The position numbers and the translations under genes were made by a program. Positions 16,176 through 16,207 of a stretch of DNA of 16,207 nt are shown here, piece after piece. Within the stretch, counting starts at the first letter, position 1; each line of letters begins with the position of its first letter. This DNA comes from Thainema sp. (lineage in GTDB: Bacteria; Cyanobacteriota; Cyanobacteriia; Phormidesmidales; Phormidesmidaceae). A model generated the notes under the pieces. That model did no database searches and had not been told where the DNA came from. It saw only the letters and a list, made by a program, of their open reading frames with translations. The stretch is from positions 1-16,207 of the forward strand of contig JBQLZK010000104.1 in NCBI GenBank assembly GCA_052168235.1, given 5' to 3'.

Positions 16176-16207
16176 TTGACGGGTAAAGTCGTTTCAACTT
16201 AATGCGT
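16157..16207 (-). mobile_element. Right end of an IS630-family insertion sequence (transposase C-terminus plus terminal repeat)
   Basis: Minus strand 16206-16165 reads RIKLKRLYPSINS*, which I recognise as the C-terminus of a common IS630 transposase group (...FTT.DARIKLKRLYP). It is followed by CTAACCAG and then a TA dinucleotide (16155-16156), the IS630 target. Confidence 0.85.

Overview
Cyanobacterial chromosomal window, identified by about 17 HIP1 octamers (GCGATCGC, hand count), CP12 and DUF2301. It has three parts. (1) 1-860: a minus-strand gene pair. A small helical ORF ends in KVGMVTINSPVSIQNFHM, and the next ORF, an NB-ARC/STAND NTPase, begins with the matching motif KIGIAGFNSPISIQNVNV. 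This is the layout of an NLR/amyloid-signalling (Bell/BASS-type) module, but the NTPase frame stops early. (2) 1090-11713: housekeeping genes (lysS, DUF2301, hemL, Rieske-FAD oxidoreductase, CopZ-like chaperone, nfi, LOG-family protein, trxA, alpha/beta hydrolase, cp12) separated by REP/MITE-like palindromes. Endonuclease V carries a tail ending in a beta-clamp-like motif (QMNLF). (3) About 11830-16207: a probable integrated element. A compact tyrosine recombinase lies divergent from a tightly coupled operon of four proteins I cannot assign: a small 105-aa protein, a 12-Cys protein, a 720-aa coiled-coil/collagen fibre protein, and a fourth ORF cut by an IS630-family insertion at 16155-16157. 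The operon may encode the structural module of an uncharacterised provirus-like element. All calls come from manual reading; no searches were run.
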